Positions 1 through 9,868 of a stretch of 32,000 bases of DNA are shown piece after piece. The DNA lies in contig NZ_CP076228.1 of NCBI RefSeq assembly GCF_021378375.1, forward strand, positions 990,001-1,022,000, given 5' to 3'. The position numbers and the translations under genes are program-made. Source of the DNA: Wolbachia endosymbiont of Drosophila innubila. Its GTDB lineage: Bacteria > Pseudomonadota > Alphaproteobacteria > Rickettsiales > Anaplasmataceae. Numbering within the stretch: the first letter of the stretch is position 1; each line of letters starts with the position of its first letter. Below the pieces are notes generated by a model. It was not told the DNA's origin. It did not search any database and worked only from the letters and a program-made list of their open reading frames with translations.

Positions 1-663
1 TTGCATTGGACCGACCATGAGTCCACCAAAAAAGCTAATTAGAATAATATGCTTGTTGAAAAGTATGTTTTTTAAGTCTCTAATGCTAACTTTTTCCTGT
101 TGAGCATTGCTTTCAGGCGTTACTAAGAACAGCAACAGAGCAAGTAAACACCCAAATGCTGAGAATGTATAGATAACATAATTCCAGCCAAATTTATCGA
201 GTAAGAAGTCTAAAGGTAACCCGCCACATATCCCTCCCAAAATTCCTATAATTATAGATAAGCTGGCCATTCTTGCTGATTTTTCTTGCGCAAAATACAT
301 GCTTGCAACTTTAAAGATTCCAATTGCCGAAGCGGATGACCCAATTCCCACAATTATTCTTCCAATTATTGAATAACTCCACTCATCAAAGCATATAAGC
401 GGTAGTGTTCCGGTAAATGTCAAAACGGTACAAGCAGGTAAAACAAACTTTGGTCCAAATCTATCAAGGAAAAGACCAATAGGTATATGAGCTAGCGTAT
501 AGCCTACATAGTATAACCCACCAAACTGGCCAACATCTGCAATACTTATGTTAAATTTTGTTATTAATTCAGGCGCAATTATGTTTGGAATTACGCGTAA
601 TATATATTGGTATGCATAAAACAGTGACGTCAACAACCAGATTAAAAAATTCCTCTGCAACAT
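1..663 (-). CDS. MFS-family transporter, N-terminal part (gene runs off the left window edge)
   Basis: Minus-strand frame open from ATG (663-661) to the window edge. It is absent from the ORF track because there is no stop in the window. My translation starts MLQRNFLIWLLTSLFYAYQYILRVIPNII...GLFLDRFGPK..., clearly paralogous to ORF 1242..1952. Nt 590-655 are nearly identical to nt 1880-1945. The product is hydrophobic and multi-helix. Confidence 0.75.
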   Translation of the reverse strand, partial: MLQRNFLIWLLTSLFYAYQYILRVIPNIIAPELITKFNISIADVGQFGGLYYVGYTLAHIPIGLFLDRFGPKFVLPACTVLTFTGTLPLICFDEWSYSIIGRIIVGIGSSASAIGIFKVASMYFAQEKSARMASLSIIIGILGGICGGLPLDFLLDKFGWNYVIYTFSAFGCLLALLLFLVTPESNAQQEKVSIRDLKNILFNKHIILISFFGGLMVGPMQ

Positions 664-738
664 GAATCTCAGCTAAAGTTTAGGATTATAGATACTTTAG
701 TTATAAAAAACAATACTATATTAATCATCTAAATCTGC

Positions 739-1952
739 TTAGCTCTTTTTACAGCTTATAACTTTAAGTAACCAAAAGCCTATCATTCCTATTAGTAGGC
801 ATATAGGTATTATTAACATAGACTTAACCATTACATCAGTTCCATAAAATGGCTTTCCATCGATAATTTCACCGTTCCAATAAAAATTCATTATATTTGC
901 AATAATGACGTGAAAAAAATAACCAAAACTCATAACTATGGAATTACCTACAGATCCTGCACTTGCTACTGCTTCGTTTTTTACACAACTTACAACTTTA
1001 GCAGTAAAAACAATTTGGTATGCAGAAGCAAGACCAATAATGAATAGTAATATACATGCCAGGAGTTCACTAATATTGCATATAAAAAGTAATAAGAACA
1101 CAATTATCATGGCCATAGCACAAGAAATTATTATTTCATAGTGCTTGGTTGGATTTTTTGCTAATATGTAAGGAAGTAATAAATGCCCAAAGCCAAAGCC
1201 TATTAGTATCCATTTTGAAATGCTATATGCAATGTGTCTATCTACAGCGTAATCTCATGCAAGAATGTTGCGGACCACGCATCTGCAAAGCCTTCTAATG
1301 GTCCAACCATAAAACCGCCAAACAAACCTATCAATAAAATATCTTTATTAAATATAACTTTGCTTAAATTTTTAATATTTAATTCTTCGTCTGAGGTGCC
1401 AACTTTAGGTATAGATATAAAGGTAGTTAAAGCAAGCAATAATCCAAGCATTATACACACAGTAAATAAATAATCCCACCCAAACTTATCAAGTAAGACA
1501 TGTAATGGTTTGGTGGCAAATACACCACCTGAAATGCCAATAATAACCGATATGCTGAACATCATGGCAAATTTTTCTCTATGGTAATAGATTCTTATTA
1601 TTTTAAAGAGTCCAAGTACTGAAGCAGAGGATCCAATACCAGTAATTATTCTTCCAATAATAGAATAACTCCAATCATTAGAACTGACTAAAGGTAAAGC
1701 ACCTAAAGATGTTAATGCAATACAAATCGGTATAACAACTTTAGAACCAAATCTATCTAAAAGAATACCTACAGGAATATGTGCTAACACATAACCTACA
1801 TAATACAGTCCACAAAATTGTCCTATTTCTGTTGTTCCTATATTAAACCTTACTACCAATTCAGGAATTATAATATTTGGAATTACGCGTAATATATATT
1901 GGTATGCATAAAACAGTGACGCCAACAACCAGATTAAAAAATTCCTCTGCAA
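739..1952 (-). pseudogene. MFS-family transporter paralog, frameshifted (ORFs 1242..1952 and 739..1116)
   Basis: The 236-aa N-terminal ORF stops at 1242-1244. A second frame opens right after a TGA at 1255-1257 and reads DYAVDRHIAYSISKWILIGFGFGHLLLPYILAKNPTKHYEIIISCAMAMIIVF..., running straight into ORF 739..1116. One indel at about 1245-1254 would therefore give a ~400-aa MFS protein. The ATG of the neighbouring copy (ATG TTG CAG) is GTA TTG CAG here, leaving only TTG. Confidence 0.6.
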
Positions 1953-2440
1953 TACTTTACCCCAAAGCTAGCATTATAGATACTCTGTTTATAGAAAACA
2001 ATATTTTTATGAATACTTATTTTAATTTACCGGAATTTTATACAGTTGAACTCATAGCCAACATAAGTAGTTTATGCATTAACTAAATTTTCCAGGTTCA
2101 AGTTTGGATGATGGAAAAAGTTCACTTTTTCTATTTTTAAAAGAGACCTTTTATTTTACTTATAATTTTTTCTACCATATCTACAACTGGCTCATGAATA
2201 AGGTATATGAAAAAAATTACACCACAAATGATAAGTATATTTATGATTTTACCCTTATTCATCTTTATCTTGAGCTTCACTTTTGTTACAAGATCCATTT
2301 TATTTATGTTTTTATTTCATGCTGACAATTATATCTTAAATACCATAATTTTCAGTAAAATTTGACTTCAGAAGTATTCTATTAATTCAATATTAACCTT
2401 TTTATGTGTAAAATAGTTAATATAATATTAAAGCAGGCTG

Positions 2441-2929
2441 ATGAATATAAGCACGATAGATAATACGCTGCAAAATTACATAACAAAATACATTGAACAA
2501 ACATTCGCTACACACGTGCTAGGCAATAGATACGACAAATTGTATAGGAAACTTCTAAGTGGTATAGAAGAGATAATAAAGCTTGCTGTAAATGAAGCAA
2601 AACACTACGATGAAAATTTAGAAGATCTATATAACGATTCAAGATTTAATAAGAAATTTATTCAAGCTGTTGCTAAACATCAGGTGTCGGAATTTTTAAA
2701 TACTTATCCGAAAAGAAAAGAAATTGTTGCAGAATTTTACAATGAACATCACATTAACGAAAGTGATTTAAAGACTCTGGAAAAGGGGAAAGATTTAGTA
2801 AATAAAATAAATAACATTAACTTACTGCAACAAAATGAAAAAAATGAGGAATTCAATATTAGAAAGACACTTGCTCAATCAATAAAAATGCCTTCCATAG
2901 AAAAACACAAGTTAGAACATTCAAAATAA
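2441..2929 (+). CDS. hypothetical protein (162 aa, charged, helical-looking, no recognised motif)
   Basis: Longest ORF in an otherwise empty gap, with no competing ORF. The product is Lys/Glu/Asn-rich and I recognise no family signature. Confidence 0.45.
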   Translation: MNISTIDNTLQNYITKYIEQTFATHVLGNRYDKLYRKLLSGIEEIIKLAVNEAKHYDENLEDLYNDSRFNKKFIQAVAKHQVSEFLNTYPKRKEIVAEFYNEHHINESDLKTLEKGKDLVNKINNINLLQQNEKNEEFNIRKTLAQSIKMPSIEKHKLEHSK

Positions 2930-2974
2930 CCTTGGCGAAGTATGGCAAAATATACAACTTATGGATAGTCTATT

Positions 2975-4168
2975 TCATTTTAACTCCTGGCACGCTTTAG
3001 TAATACTATCACATCCAATTTCTAATTGTTCCTGAGAGGTTGCATAAGAAATTCTGATAAAATTTTCTAGACCAAATGCAATTCCTGGAACCACAGCAAC
3101 CAAATGATCTCCCAGTAAGTATTCAGTAAAATCTAAATCATTATTTATTATCTTACCACTTTTTGTGCTTTTACTGAGCAATCCTTCACATGAGACAAAT
3201 AAATAAAACGCACCTTGTGGAACAGACGCTGATAATCCCGGGGCAGAATTTAGCTCTTTCACCATAAAATCTCTACGACTCTTAAAAATCCTTGTTCTTT
3301 CTTTCAAAAAACTATGATCACCGTTTAATGCTGCTGCTGCTGCTGCTTGTGCTATCGAATTTGGATTAGAAGTGCTTTGAGACTGCAGCGTAGAGATAGC
3401 TTTTACCACATCACTTCTACCTGCAATATACCCTATTCTCCAGCCTGTCATTGCGTAGGCTTTTGATACTCCATTGACTACAAAAACTCTATCATAAAGC
3501 TTCGGCTCAACCTGAGCGATAGTAAAAAACTTTTCGTCGTATATTATATGCTCATAAATATCATCTGTAACGACATTCATATGTGGATATTCAAGCAATA
3601 TTTGTGCTATGTCTTTCAATTCATCACATGTGTACACAGCTCCTGCAGGGTTGTTCGGTGAGTTAAGAATTAACCATTTAGTTTTTTTAGTTATCCTGCT
3701 TTTCAATAATTCCGCTGTCAGTTTAAAATTTTGTTTGCATTCTACTACAACTGGCAAGCCGCCAAAAAGACTTACCATATCAACATATGAAACCCAATAA
3801 GGAGCTGGTATAATAACTTCATCTCCAGAGTTAATTGTTGCCATGAACAAATTGAATAACACCTGCTTAGCACCTGTACCAACACAGATTTGGTTAAGCG
3901 TGTACTCGAGGTTATTATCCTTTCTTAACTTATTAATTATTGCTTCTTTCAGCTCACGCGTTCCATCAACAGCAGTATATTTAGTCTTACCTTCACTTAT
4001 TGCTTGAATAGCTGCTTTTTTTATATGATCTGGAGTATCAAAATCCGGTTCTCCTGCAGCTAAAACACAGATCTTTTTTCCTTCATTTTTCAACTTATTT
4101 GCCTTATCAGTTACAGCAATCGTAGGTGATGGTTTTATTAGGAACATTCTTTTTGCAAGGTCTGACAT
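2975..4168 (-). CDS. aatA: aspartate/aromatic aminotransferase, PLP-dependent class I
   Basis: 397-aa ORF with LAAGEPDFDTP, NSPNNPAG and SKAYAMTGWRIGY (PLP-lysine motif), typical of class-I aspartate aminotransferases. Confidence 0.9.
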   Translation of the reverse strand: MSDLAKRMFLIKPSPTIAVTDKANKLKNEGKKICVLAAGEPDFDTPDHIKKAAIQAISEGKTKYTAVDGTRELKEAIINKLRKDNNLEYTLNQICVGTGAKQVLFNLFMATINSGDEVIIPAPYWVSYVDMVSLFGGLPVVVECKQNFKLTAELLKSRITKKTKWLILNSPNNPAGAVYTCDELKDIAQILLEYPHMNVVTDDIYEHIIYDEKFFTIAQVEPKLYDRVFVVNGVSKAYAMTGWRIGYIAGRSDVVKAISTLQSQSTSNPNSIAQAAAAAALNGDHSFLKERTRIFKSRRDFMVKELNSAPGLSASVPQGAFYLFVSCEGLLSKSTKSGKIINNDLDFTEYLLGDHLVAVVPGIAFGLENFIRISYATSQEQLEIGCDSITKACQELK

Positions 4169-4236
4169 ATCTTACTGAAGCTAAATTCAAATGATAAACC
4201 CCGTACAACAAAAAAGCTAGAATTTTGTGTATTGTA

Positions 4237-5253
4237 TTAGTAGCTTTTTACCAGGTTTACCAATGCAGCAATATTTTCAACTGGAGTATCAGGGAGTACT
4301 CCATGTCCGAGATTAAATATGAAGGGTAAATCTCTAAAGCAATCTATTATACGTTTTGCTTCTTTGATTGCTTCCGTTTTATTATAGGCTAAAAGATTAG
4401 GATCAAGGTTTCCTTGTAGAGGGATATTTAGATTCGCTTTCGCCCATTTTATTGGAACATTATAATCTATACTTACTGCAGATACACCTGTTTGTTCGCA
4501 GTAATCTTTATAAAGATTTCCAGCAGACCTTGGAAAACCTATTATTGGAAAATCAGAAAATCTATCCTTTATTGCCAAGATAATTCTCTTTGTTGGTTCG
4601 ATAACATATTCTTTAAACAATGGTTCCGATAACGCACCAGCATTACTGTCAAATAGCTGAATAACATCTGCTCCAAATTCTATCTGTTTAATTAGATAAA
4701 TAATCGTTACTTCCGTTATTCGTTCAATTATTTCCTTCAAACACGAAGGATAAAAATTTAATACTTTGGAAAAAGTTTTGCTGCTCCTACCTTCTATGAT
4801 GTATGAGGCTACTGTCCATGGTCCACCAGCAAATCCTATGAGAGATTTTTCTTTTGGTAATTGGCTTCTGACTTTTTTTATAGCGTTTAGAATTGGTAAG
4901 GTTTTAGTTTCAATTTCTTGTGGACCCTTCAATTCCTTAGGACTTTCCACGGGTTTTATTATTGGACCTACACCGCGTACGAAATTCACGTCACAACCCA
5001 AAACATCAGCTATTATTAAAATGTCTGAAAAAATTATCGCCGCATCCATGTCAAATCTTGTCACCGGCTGTAACGTCAATTCTGTCACTAAATCTGTGTT
5101 GTAGCATATCTCCATAAAATTATTCATATTTTCTACTGCTTTGCGGTACTCAGGAAGAGACCTGCCAGCCTGACGCATTAGCCAGATAGGCACTCTTCCA
5201 CCCGGCTCATTTCTCTTAATAATTTTCGCTATTGTTGTTTTGCCGCTTTCCAA
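4237..5253 (-). CDS. hemE: uroporphyrinogen decarboxylase
   Basis: 338-aa ORF with the N-terminal [16 protein letters not shown] signature and URO-D length and layout. Confidence 0.93.
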   Translation of the reverse strand: MESGKTTIAKIIKRNEPGGRVPIWLMRQAGRSLPEYRKAVENMNNFMEICYNTDLVTELTLQPVTRFDMDAAIIFSDILIIADVLGCDVNFVRGVGPIIKPVESPKELKGPQEIETKTLPILNAIKKVRSQLPKEKSLIGFAGGPWTVASYIIEGRSSKTFSKVLNFYPSCLKEIIERITEVTIIYLIKQIEFGADVIQLFDSNAGALSEPLFKEYVIEPTKRIILAIKDRFSDFPIIGFPRSAGNLYKDYCEQTGVSAVSIDYNVPIKWAKANLNIPLQGNLDPNLLAYNKTEAIKEAKRIIDCFRDLPFIFNLGHGVLPDTPVENIAALVNLVKSY

Positions 5254-5655
5254 TCTATTCTATTTATTCTTTTGTATATTAAAGTATAGTAATAATAATA
5301 GTTCTATCAATAACTTGTTACTAACTTAAAATTCAGTAAAAATTGGCGTTGTTCAACTTGTGGATAAATATGTGAGTAACTTTCGTATATTATTGATTTT
5401 CTGTTATGATTTATGTGTATAAGTAAGGTGTTTAGAGTGTTAGTAATTTTCTTTTATGGAAAATACTTTACCATCATGCATTGTTACACAACTATGTATA
5501 TGTTGTTGAAAAAGTTGTTGATCAATTGTTGGTATTTTATATCAACAAATAATTCACAAATTAATTTGACATTATTCACATGCTTATTAAACATTTAATA
5601 ACAGTTTTCTTGATAAATCTAATCTGAAAACGTTTTTGCCATTACAGGGAATAAA
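5254..5655. other. candidate chromosomal replication origin (hemE / tlyC-like divergent spacer)
   Basis: 402-bp very AT-rich non-coding spacer between divergent hemE and the CBS-domain gene. It holds a perfect DnaA box at 5359-5367, a one-mismatch box TTATTCACA at 5572-5580 and an IHF-consensus match TATCAATAACTTG at 5305-5317. An origin next to hemE is the known arrangement in Caulobacter and was predicted for Wolbachia-group genomes. Confidence 0.5.
5359..5367 (-). promoter_or_regulatory. DnaA box (TTATCCACA on the minus strand)
   Basis: The plus strand reads TGTGGATAA, the exact reverse complement of the 9-mer consensus. Confidence 0.5.
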
Positions 5656-6474
5656 TTGAGTAAAAAAAGAACCTTAGTAGAAAAAATAGCATATAGAATT
5701 TTTCTCTTCCTTTTCAAAAAAGCTTCTGTGTTGAAAAAGTGTGCGACTGAGGCATTAATGAAAGATCTGCCAGACCTTAATATATTTAATGGTCTATTAA
5801 AATTCCGCGATTGTGGTATAATGGATATAATGACTCCACGTACAGAGATATGCGCAGTAGACATTGAGTCAAGCGAGCGTGAAATAATAAAGAAGATAAA
5901 AAACACTTGCCACACTAAAATACCAATTTATAAAAATAACTTTGATAACGTAATAGGCTTTTTTTATGTAAAAGATGTTATTTTTAATAGGGATAAAAAT
6001 TTTAATCTGAAACATATTATACAAAGCGTAATATTTGTTCCACCCTCGATGAAGACAACTAATCTTTTTGTTAGGATGAACTCTTCTAAATCATGCTTAG
6101 CTATCGTATTGGATGAATATGGTGGAACTGATGGTTTAATTTCAATGACTGATCTTATAGAGGAACTAATACCAAACATTGATAGTGAAAACGAAATAAA
6201 TTCAGAATATACCATTACTGAATTGTCTCAAAATAAGTTTGAAGTATCAGCAAGGGCTCTTATAAAAGATATAGAAGAGGATCTAAAAATAGAATTACGT
6301 GACCCTGAAGAAGACTATGTTACACTTGGTGGTTTGATTCTTTCGATTGCTGGTAAAGTGCCTTCTGTAGATGAAGTCATTAAATATAAAAATGGTATGA
6401 AGTTTATCATCAAAGATGCAAATGAGCGCTACATTAATAAAATAGTACTAGACTTAAGTGATTACAAAAATTAG
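5656..6474 (+). CDS. tlyC: CBS-domain / CorC_HlyC transporter-associated protein (TlyC/CorC family, 'hemolysin C'-like)
   Basis: 272-aa ORF from TTG with DIMTPRTEI...IPIY...VIGFFYVKD (CBS pair), AIVLDEYGGTDGLISMTDLIEEL and a C-terminal TLGGLILSIAGKVP...IIKDANERYINKIVL (CorC_HlyC-like). Collinear with rickettsial TlyC as I remember it. Confidence 0.85.
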   Translation: MSKKRTLVEKIAYRIFLFLFKKASVLKKCATEALMKDLPDLNIFNGLLKFRDCGIMDIMTPRTEICAVDIESSEREIIKKIKNTCHTKIPIYKNNFDNVIGFFYVKDVIFNRDKNFNLKHIIQSVIFVPPSMKTTNLFVRMNSSKSCLAIVLDEYGGTDGLISMTDLIEELIPNIDSENEINSEYTITELSQNKFEVSARALIKDIEEDLKIELRDPEEDYVTLGGLILSIAGKVPSVDEVIKYKNGMKFIIKDANERYINKIVLDLSDYKN

Positions 6475-6540
6475 ATTTGGTACCCCTTGTCGGGGAATGC
6501 CTTGACACGAAGAAAAAGTTGTAATAACCAAATATGCAAC

Positions 6541-7193
6541 TCAAGTTATAGTTAAACCTATTTCCAGCAAATTATTTTCGCAAGTATAATGCATTTCAGT
6601 GTTATAGTACTCTAATAATAAAGAGGTCATATAGATATTAATATCTTTTGTATTTAAATTAGTGTCATTTTTTTTGATTAATTTGTCTACTAATGATTTG
6701 CTTATTGGTTTGTGTTCATTTAGAATTTTTATAGTTAATAGCATTTTATCTTCTGTTTGACTCAGTAAAACAGATACTAGTTCAACTTCCGCCACTGCAC
6801 TGGCTATAGTTAGCACCATATTAGAAATTATCTTATTTATCTTTTCAATTAAATCTTCCTTATTTTTTGCAGAGTATGCGTCTATTTTCCACGTAAGCTT
6901 TACTTTTTTTTTAATAAATAATTTTCGATATTAGATTTGGTCTTATCAAAGCTATAATTATCCATTGAAGAAGAATATGCCTGCTTCATAACTTTATGTT
7001 TATATATTAAATCATCGGAGCTTTCTTTAAGAAACAACAACGCTTCCTTCTGCGCATCAGCGTCATTCTTATCTATTACTTCAAGCTCTTCTACGCCAAA
7101 CGTTATTCCATTCATAGAGTTAGCAAAGTCATGAAGCAGCCATCCTGATAGCAGTTCCGTTATTAACAGTATGTTTTTGGTATTTTCGTTCAT
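6541..7193 (-). pseudogene. chpT: ChpT-like histidine phosphotransferase, interrupted by a frameshift in an A9 tract (ORFs 6900..7193 and 6541..6819)
   Basis: The N-terminal ORF has LLSGWLLHDFANSMNGITFGVEELE, which matches the ChpT/HisKA-like H-box (Caulobacter ChpT has LCHDFISPASAI..GLDLLE). The downstream ORF's frame stays open upstream to 6899 (KLTWKIDAYSAKNKEDLIEKINKIISN-MVLTIASAV...). One extra A in the run at 6904-6912 gives a continuous ~217-aa protein, the size of ChpT. Confidence 0.55.
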
Positions 7194-7326
7194 TGGATAA
7201 TTATAAATGATTTAAGTTACCCTATATTGGTAAGTATATAATAGTCAATTAAGAGAAAGTTTCGTTGCACTTTTTATATCAAGGCATTAATATAGTATTA
7301 ACAATTTTAAAATTTATAAAAGGATT

Positions 7327-8364
7327 ATGAATACTTATACCAGATCGGGAATAGATATTGAACTATATAATAAGTTAATAAAAGAAGTCAAGCCTATTGC
7401 TCAAGAAACTACTAGAGAAGAAGTAATCAGCGAAATAGGTTCATTTTCTGCGTTATTTGATTTTGCTGCACTAAGTAAGAAGTATGACCATCCAGTACTC
7501 GTTTCCTCAACTGATGGAGTAGGTACGAAACTGTTGATAGCTCAAGAAGTGAATAAACATGATACTATAGGTATAGATTTAGTTGCAATGTGTGTAAATG
7601 ACTTACTTGCACAAGGAGCAACGCCTTTGTTTTTCCTTGATTACTTTGCAACAGGCGTTTTGACCAAAGATGTTTTATTATCTGTGGTTAAGGGCATTGC
7701 AGAGGGGTGCAAGCAAGCTAAAATAGCATTGGTTGGTGGGGAAACTGCAGAAATGCCTGGAATGTATGGTAATAATCACTATGACCTTGCAGGGTTTGTG
7801 GTTGGTGTAGTTGATCGAAAGCAAATTCTTCCAAACTGTAGTATGATGAAAGCAGGTGATTATATAGTTGGCTTAGAGTCAAGTGGAATTCACTCAAATG
7901 GGTTTTCTTTAGTGCGCCATGTTTTCAAAAGCTTAGGTATAAATTATAACGATACATCTCTATGGAATAATAAATCTTGGAGTGAAATACTACTTGAACC
8001 AACAAAAATATATGTTGATTCTTTGCTGCCTATCATGTCACAAGTAAAAGGTATTGCGCACATCACGGGTGGTGGTTTGGTAGACAATATTCCGCGAATT
8101 CTTCCAAAAAACTTATTTGCAAACATAGACATTAATTCCTGGAAATGGCCAGATATATTTTTATGGCTAACAAAGGAGGGTAAAATAGAGAAGAAAGAAA
8201 TGCTAAAAACATTTAATTGTGGTATTGGTATGGTATTGATCGTAAGTTCTGAGAATATGCAAAACGTGAAAAATCATTTCCAAAAACGTGGAGAAAAAAT
8301 TGAAATTATTGGAAAACTTGATGAGGCATGTAACCCTCCACTTGATAGAGTAGTATTTAGTTAA
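7327..8364 (+). CDS. purM: phosphoribosylformylglycinamidine cyclo-ligase (AIR synthetase)
   Basis: 345-aa ORF with SSTDGVGTKLLIA, DLVAMCVNDLLAQGA.PLFFLDY, GGETAEMPG and HITGGG motifs. Confidence 0.93.
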   Translation: MNTYTRSGIDIELYNKLIKEVKPIAQETTREEVISEIGSFSALFDFAALSKKYDHPVLVSSTDGVGTKLLIAQEVNKHDTIGIDLVAMCVNDLLAQGATPLFFLDYFATGVLTKDVLLSVVKGIAEGCKQAKIALVGGETAEMPGMYGNNHYDLAGFVVGVVDRKQILPNCSMMKAGDYIVGLESSGIHSNGFSLVRHVFKSLGINYNDTSLWNNKSWSEILLEPTKIYVDSLLPIMSQVKGIAHITGGGLVDNIPRILPKNLFANIDINSWKWPDIFLWLTKEGKIEKKEMLKTFNCGIGMVLIVSSENMQNVKNHFQKRGEKIEIIGKLDEACNPPLDRVVFS

Positions 8365-9083
8365 CCTAACTTTACTGACAGTCTTTTTGCAACTTCTAGG
8401 TATGCTTCCTTTAAATCTCCTAAATTCAAACGAAAGACATCTTTATCTAGCTTTTTATAAGTATTTTTATCCCATAATCTGCAGTTATCAGGGCTAATTT
8501 CATCAGCTAAAACGATTTTAGTACTGTCATTTATTAATCTGCCAAATTCTAACTTGAGATCAACTAAATATATACTTGCATTTGAAAATAGGTGAACTAA
8601 TATTTCGTTGATTTTTAAAGTTGTAGTTTTAACTTCATCCATTTCTTTGCTAGATAGCCAATCAAAATACAGTATGTGATTTTCACTTACCATTGGGTCG
8701 GCTAGGTCATCATTTTTGTAAAAAAAATCGATTATAGGAGATGCAAGCCTCTCACCTTCTTTGATATTAAAACGTTTGCAAAAGCTGCCAGCTGCGACAT
8801 TTCTAACTACTACCTCAAGAGGTATTATCTTGAGTTTTTTGACTAGCTGTTCTCTTTCGTTTAGAGTTTTTATAAAGTGTGTGCTAATTTCTGCTTTCTC
8901 AAGCTTTTCCATGATAAAAGCACTAATATGATTATTAATTATTCCTTTACCATCGATTATTTCATATTTTTCCTTATTGAATGCTGTAACATCATCTTTA
9001 AAGTGCTGTATGACAATTGATAAGTCTTCAGTTTCAATAATGGCTTTCGCTTTACCTTCGTATATCGTTTTATTCAGTGACAT
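8361..9083 (-). CDS. purC: phosphoribosylaminoimidazole-succinocarboxamide synthase (SAICAR synthetase)
   Basis: 240-aa ORF with N-terminal YEGKAK, PLEVVVRN.AAGS, and LADEISPDNCRLWD near the C-terminus. Confidence 0.93.
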   Translation of the reverse strand: MSLNKTIYEGKAKAIIETEDLSIVIQHFKDDVTAFNKEKYEIIDGKGIINNHISAFIMEKLEKAEISTHFIKTLNEREQLVKKLKIIPLEVVVRNVAAGSFCKRFNIKEGERLASPIIDFFYKNDDLADPMVSENHILYFDWLSSKEMDEVKTTTLKINEILVHLFSNASIYLVDLKLEFGRLINDSTKIVLADEISPDNCRLWDKNTYKKLDKDVFRLNLGDLKEAYLEVAKRLSVKLG

Positions 9084-9157
9084 GTTTAATTTAACTATAT
9101 ATTATATCAATTTACTATTCTTAGAGTATAGCCCCAAATAACTTAAAATAAACCTTA

Positions 9158-9868
9158 ATGGCATTCAATGTTACAATATTAACCATATTCCCAGAAATGT
9201 TCCCGGGGTTTTTGAACTATTCTCTTGCCGGAAAAGCGTTAGAAAAAAAAATATGGAACCTTGAAGTAATAAATATTCGTTCTTTTGCGAAAGATAAACA
9301 TTCAACTGTGGATGATGTTCCATATGGAGGTGGAGCAGGAATGGTTATGCGTTCTGATGTAGTTGGTGATGCAGTAGATAGTATGCTCTCTGTTCATAAA
9401 AACACTAAGTTTATTTACATGACTCCATCTGGAACTAAGTTTAATCAGAATATTGCCAGAGAATTATTAGAGTTTCCTCATATAACAATATTGTGTGGTC
9501 GATTTGAAGGTATTGACCAAAGGATAATTGATGCGTATACTCCTTATGAGTTAAGTATTGGAGATTATATACTTTCAGGAGGTGAGCCAGCTGCAATGGT
9601 GGTTCTTGATGCATGCATTAGACTTCTTCCAGGTGTAGTAAATAATACCGATAGTATTACTGAAGAAAGTTTTAATTATGGTGGTGGTGTACTTGAATAT
9701 CCTCAATATACTAGACCTGAGCAGTGGAAGGGATATAAAGTACCTGAGGTTTTGTTATCTGGCAATCACAAAAAAATAAGTGATTGGAGGCAGAAGCAGT
9801 CTCATGTTATAACAAAAAAGCGTAGGCCTGAATTATTGAGTGGAGAGATAAATGACAAATTTACTTAA
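9158..9868 (+). CDS. trmD: tRNA (guanine37-N1)-methyltransferase
   Basis: 236-aa ORF with [44 protein letters not shown] and LEYPQYTRP. Confidence 0.93.

Noticed and set aside
1877-2325. ORFs 1877..2086 and 2104..2325 (plus)
   Set aside because: 1877..2086 starts antisense within the MFS gene 5' end and continues through AT-rich spacer. 2104..2325 gives an implausible Phe/Tyr/Ile/Asn-rich product. Neither has motifs.
5254-5655. Canonical CtrA boxes (TTAA-N7-TTAA) in the putative origin
   Set aside because: I checked every TTAA in the spacer and none has a second TTAA at the 11-nt offset. Only near matches ending in TAAA or TTAT exist, so CtrA binding is not claimed as a feature.
5413-5915. 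ORFs 5413..5598 (plus) and 5619..5915 (minus) in or next to the putative origin
   Set aside because: The first is a low-complexity, Phe/Leu/Ile/Tyr-rich product of AT-rich non-coding DNA. The second is antisense to the well-supported tlyC-like gene.
6475-6540. Hairpin CCCCTTGTCGGGG between the convergent tlyC-like and chpT-like genes as a bidirectional terminator
   Set aside because: The stem is only 4 bp, with no flanking T or A runs. This is too weak to call.
9852-9868. 17-nt trmD/rplS overlap as a possible recoding site
   Set aside because: Both ORFs are complete with their own start and stop codons. A short overlap is ordinary translational coupling in this conserved gene pair.
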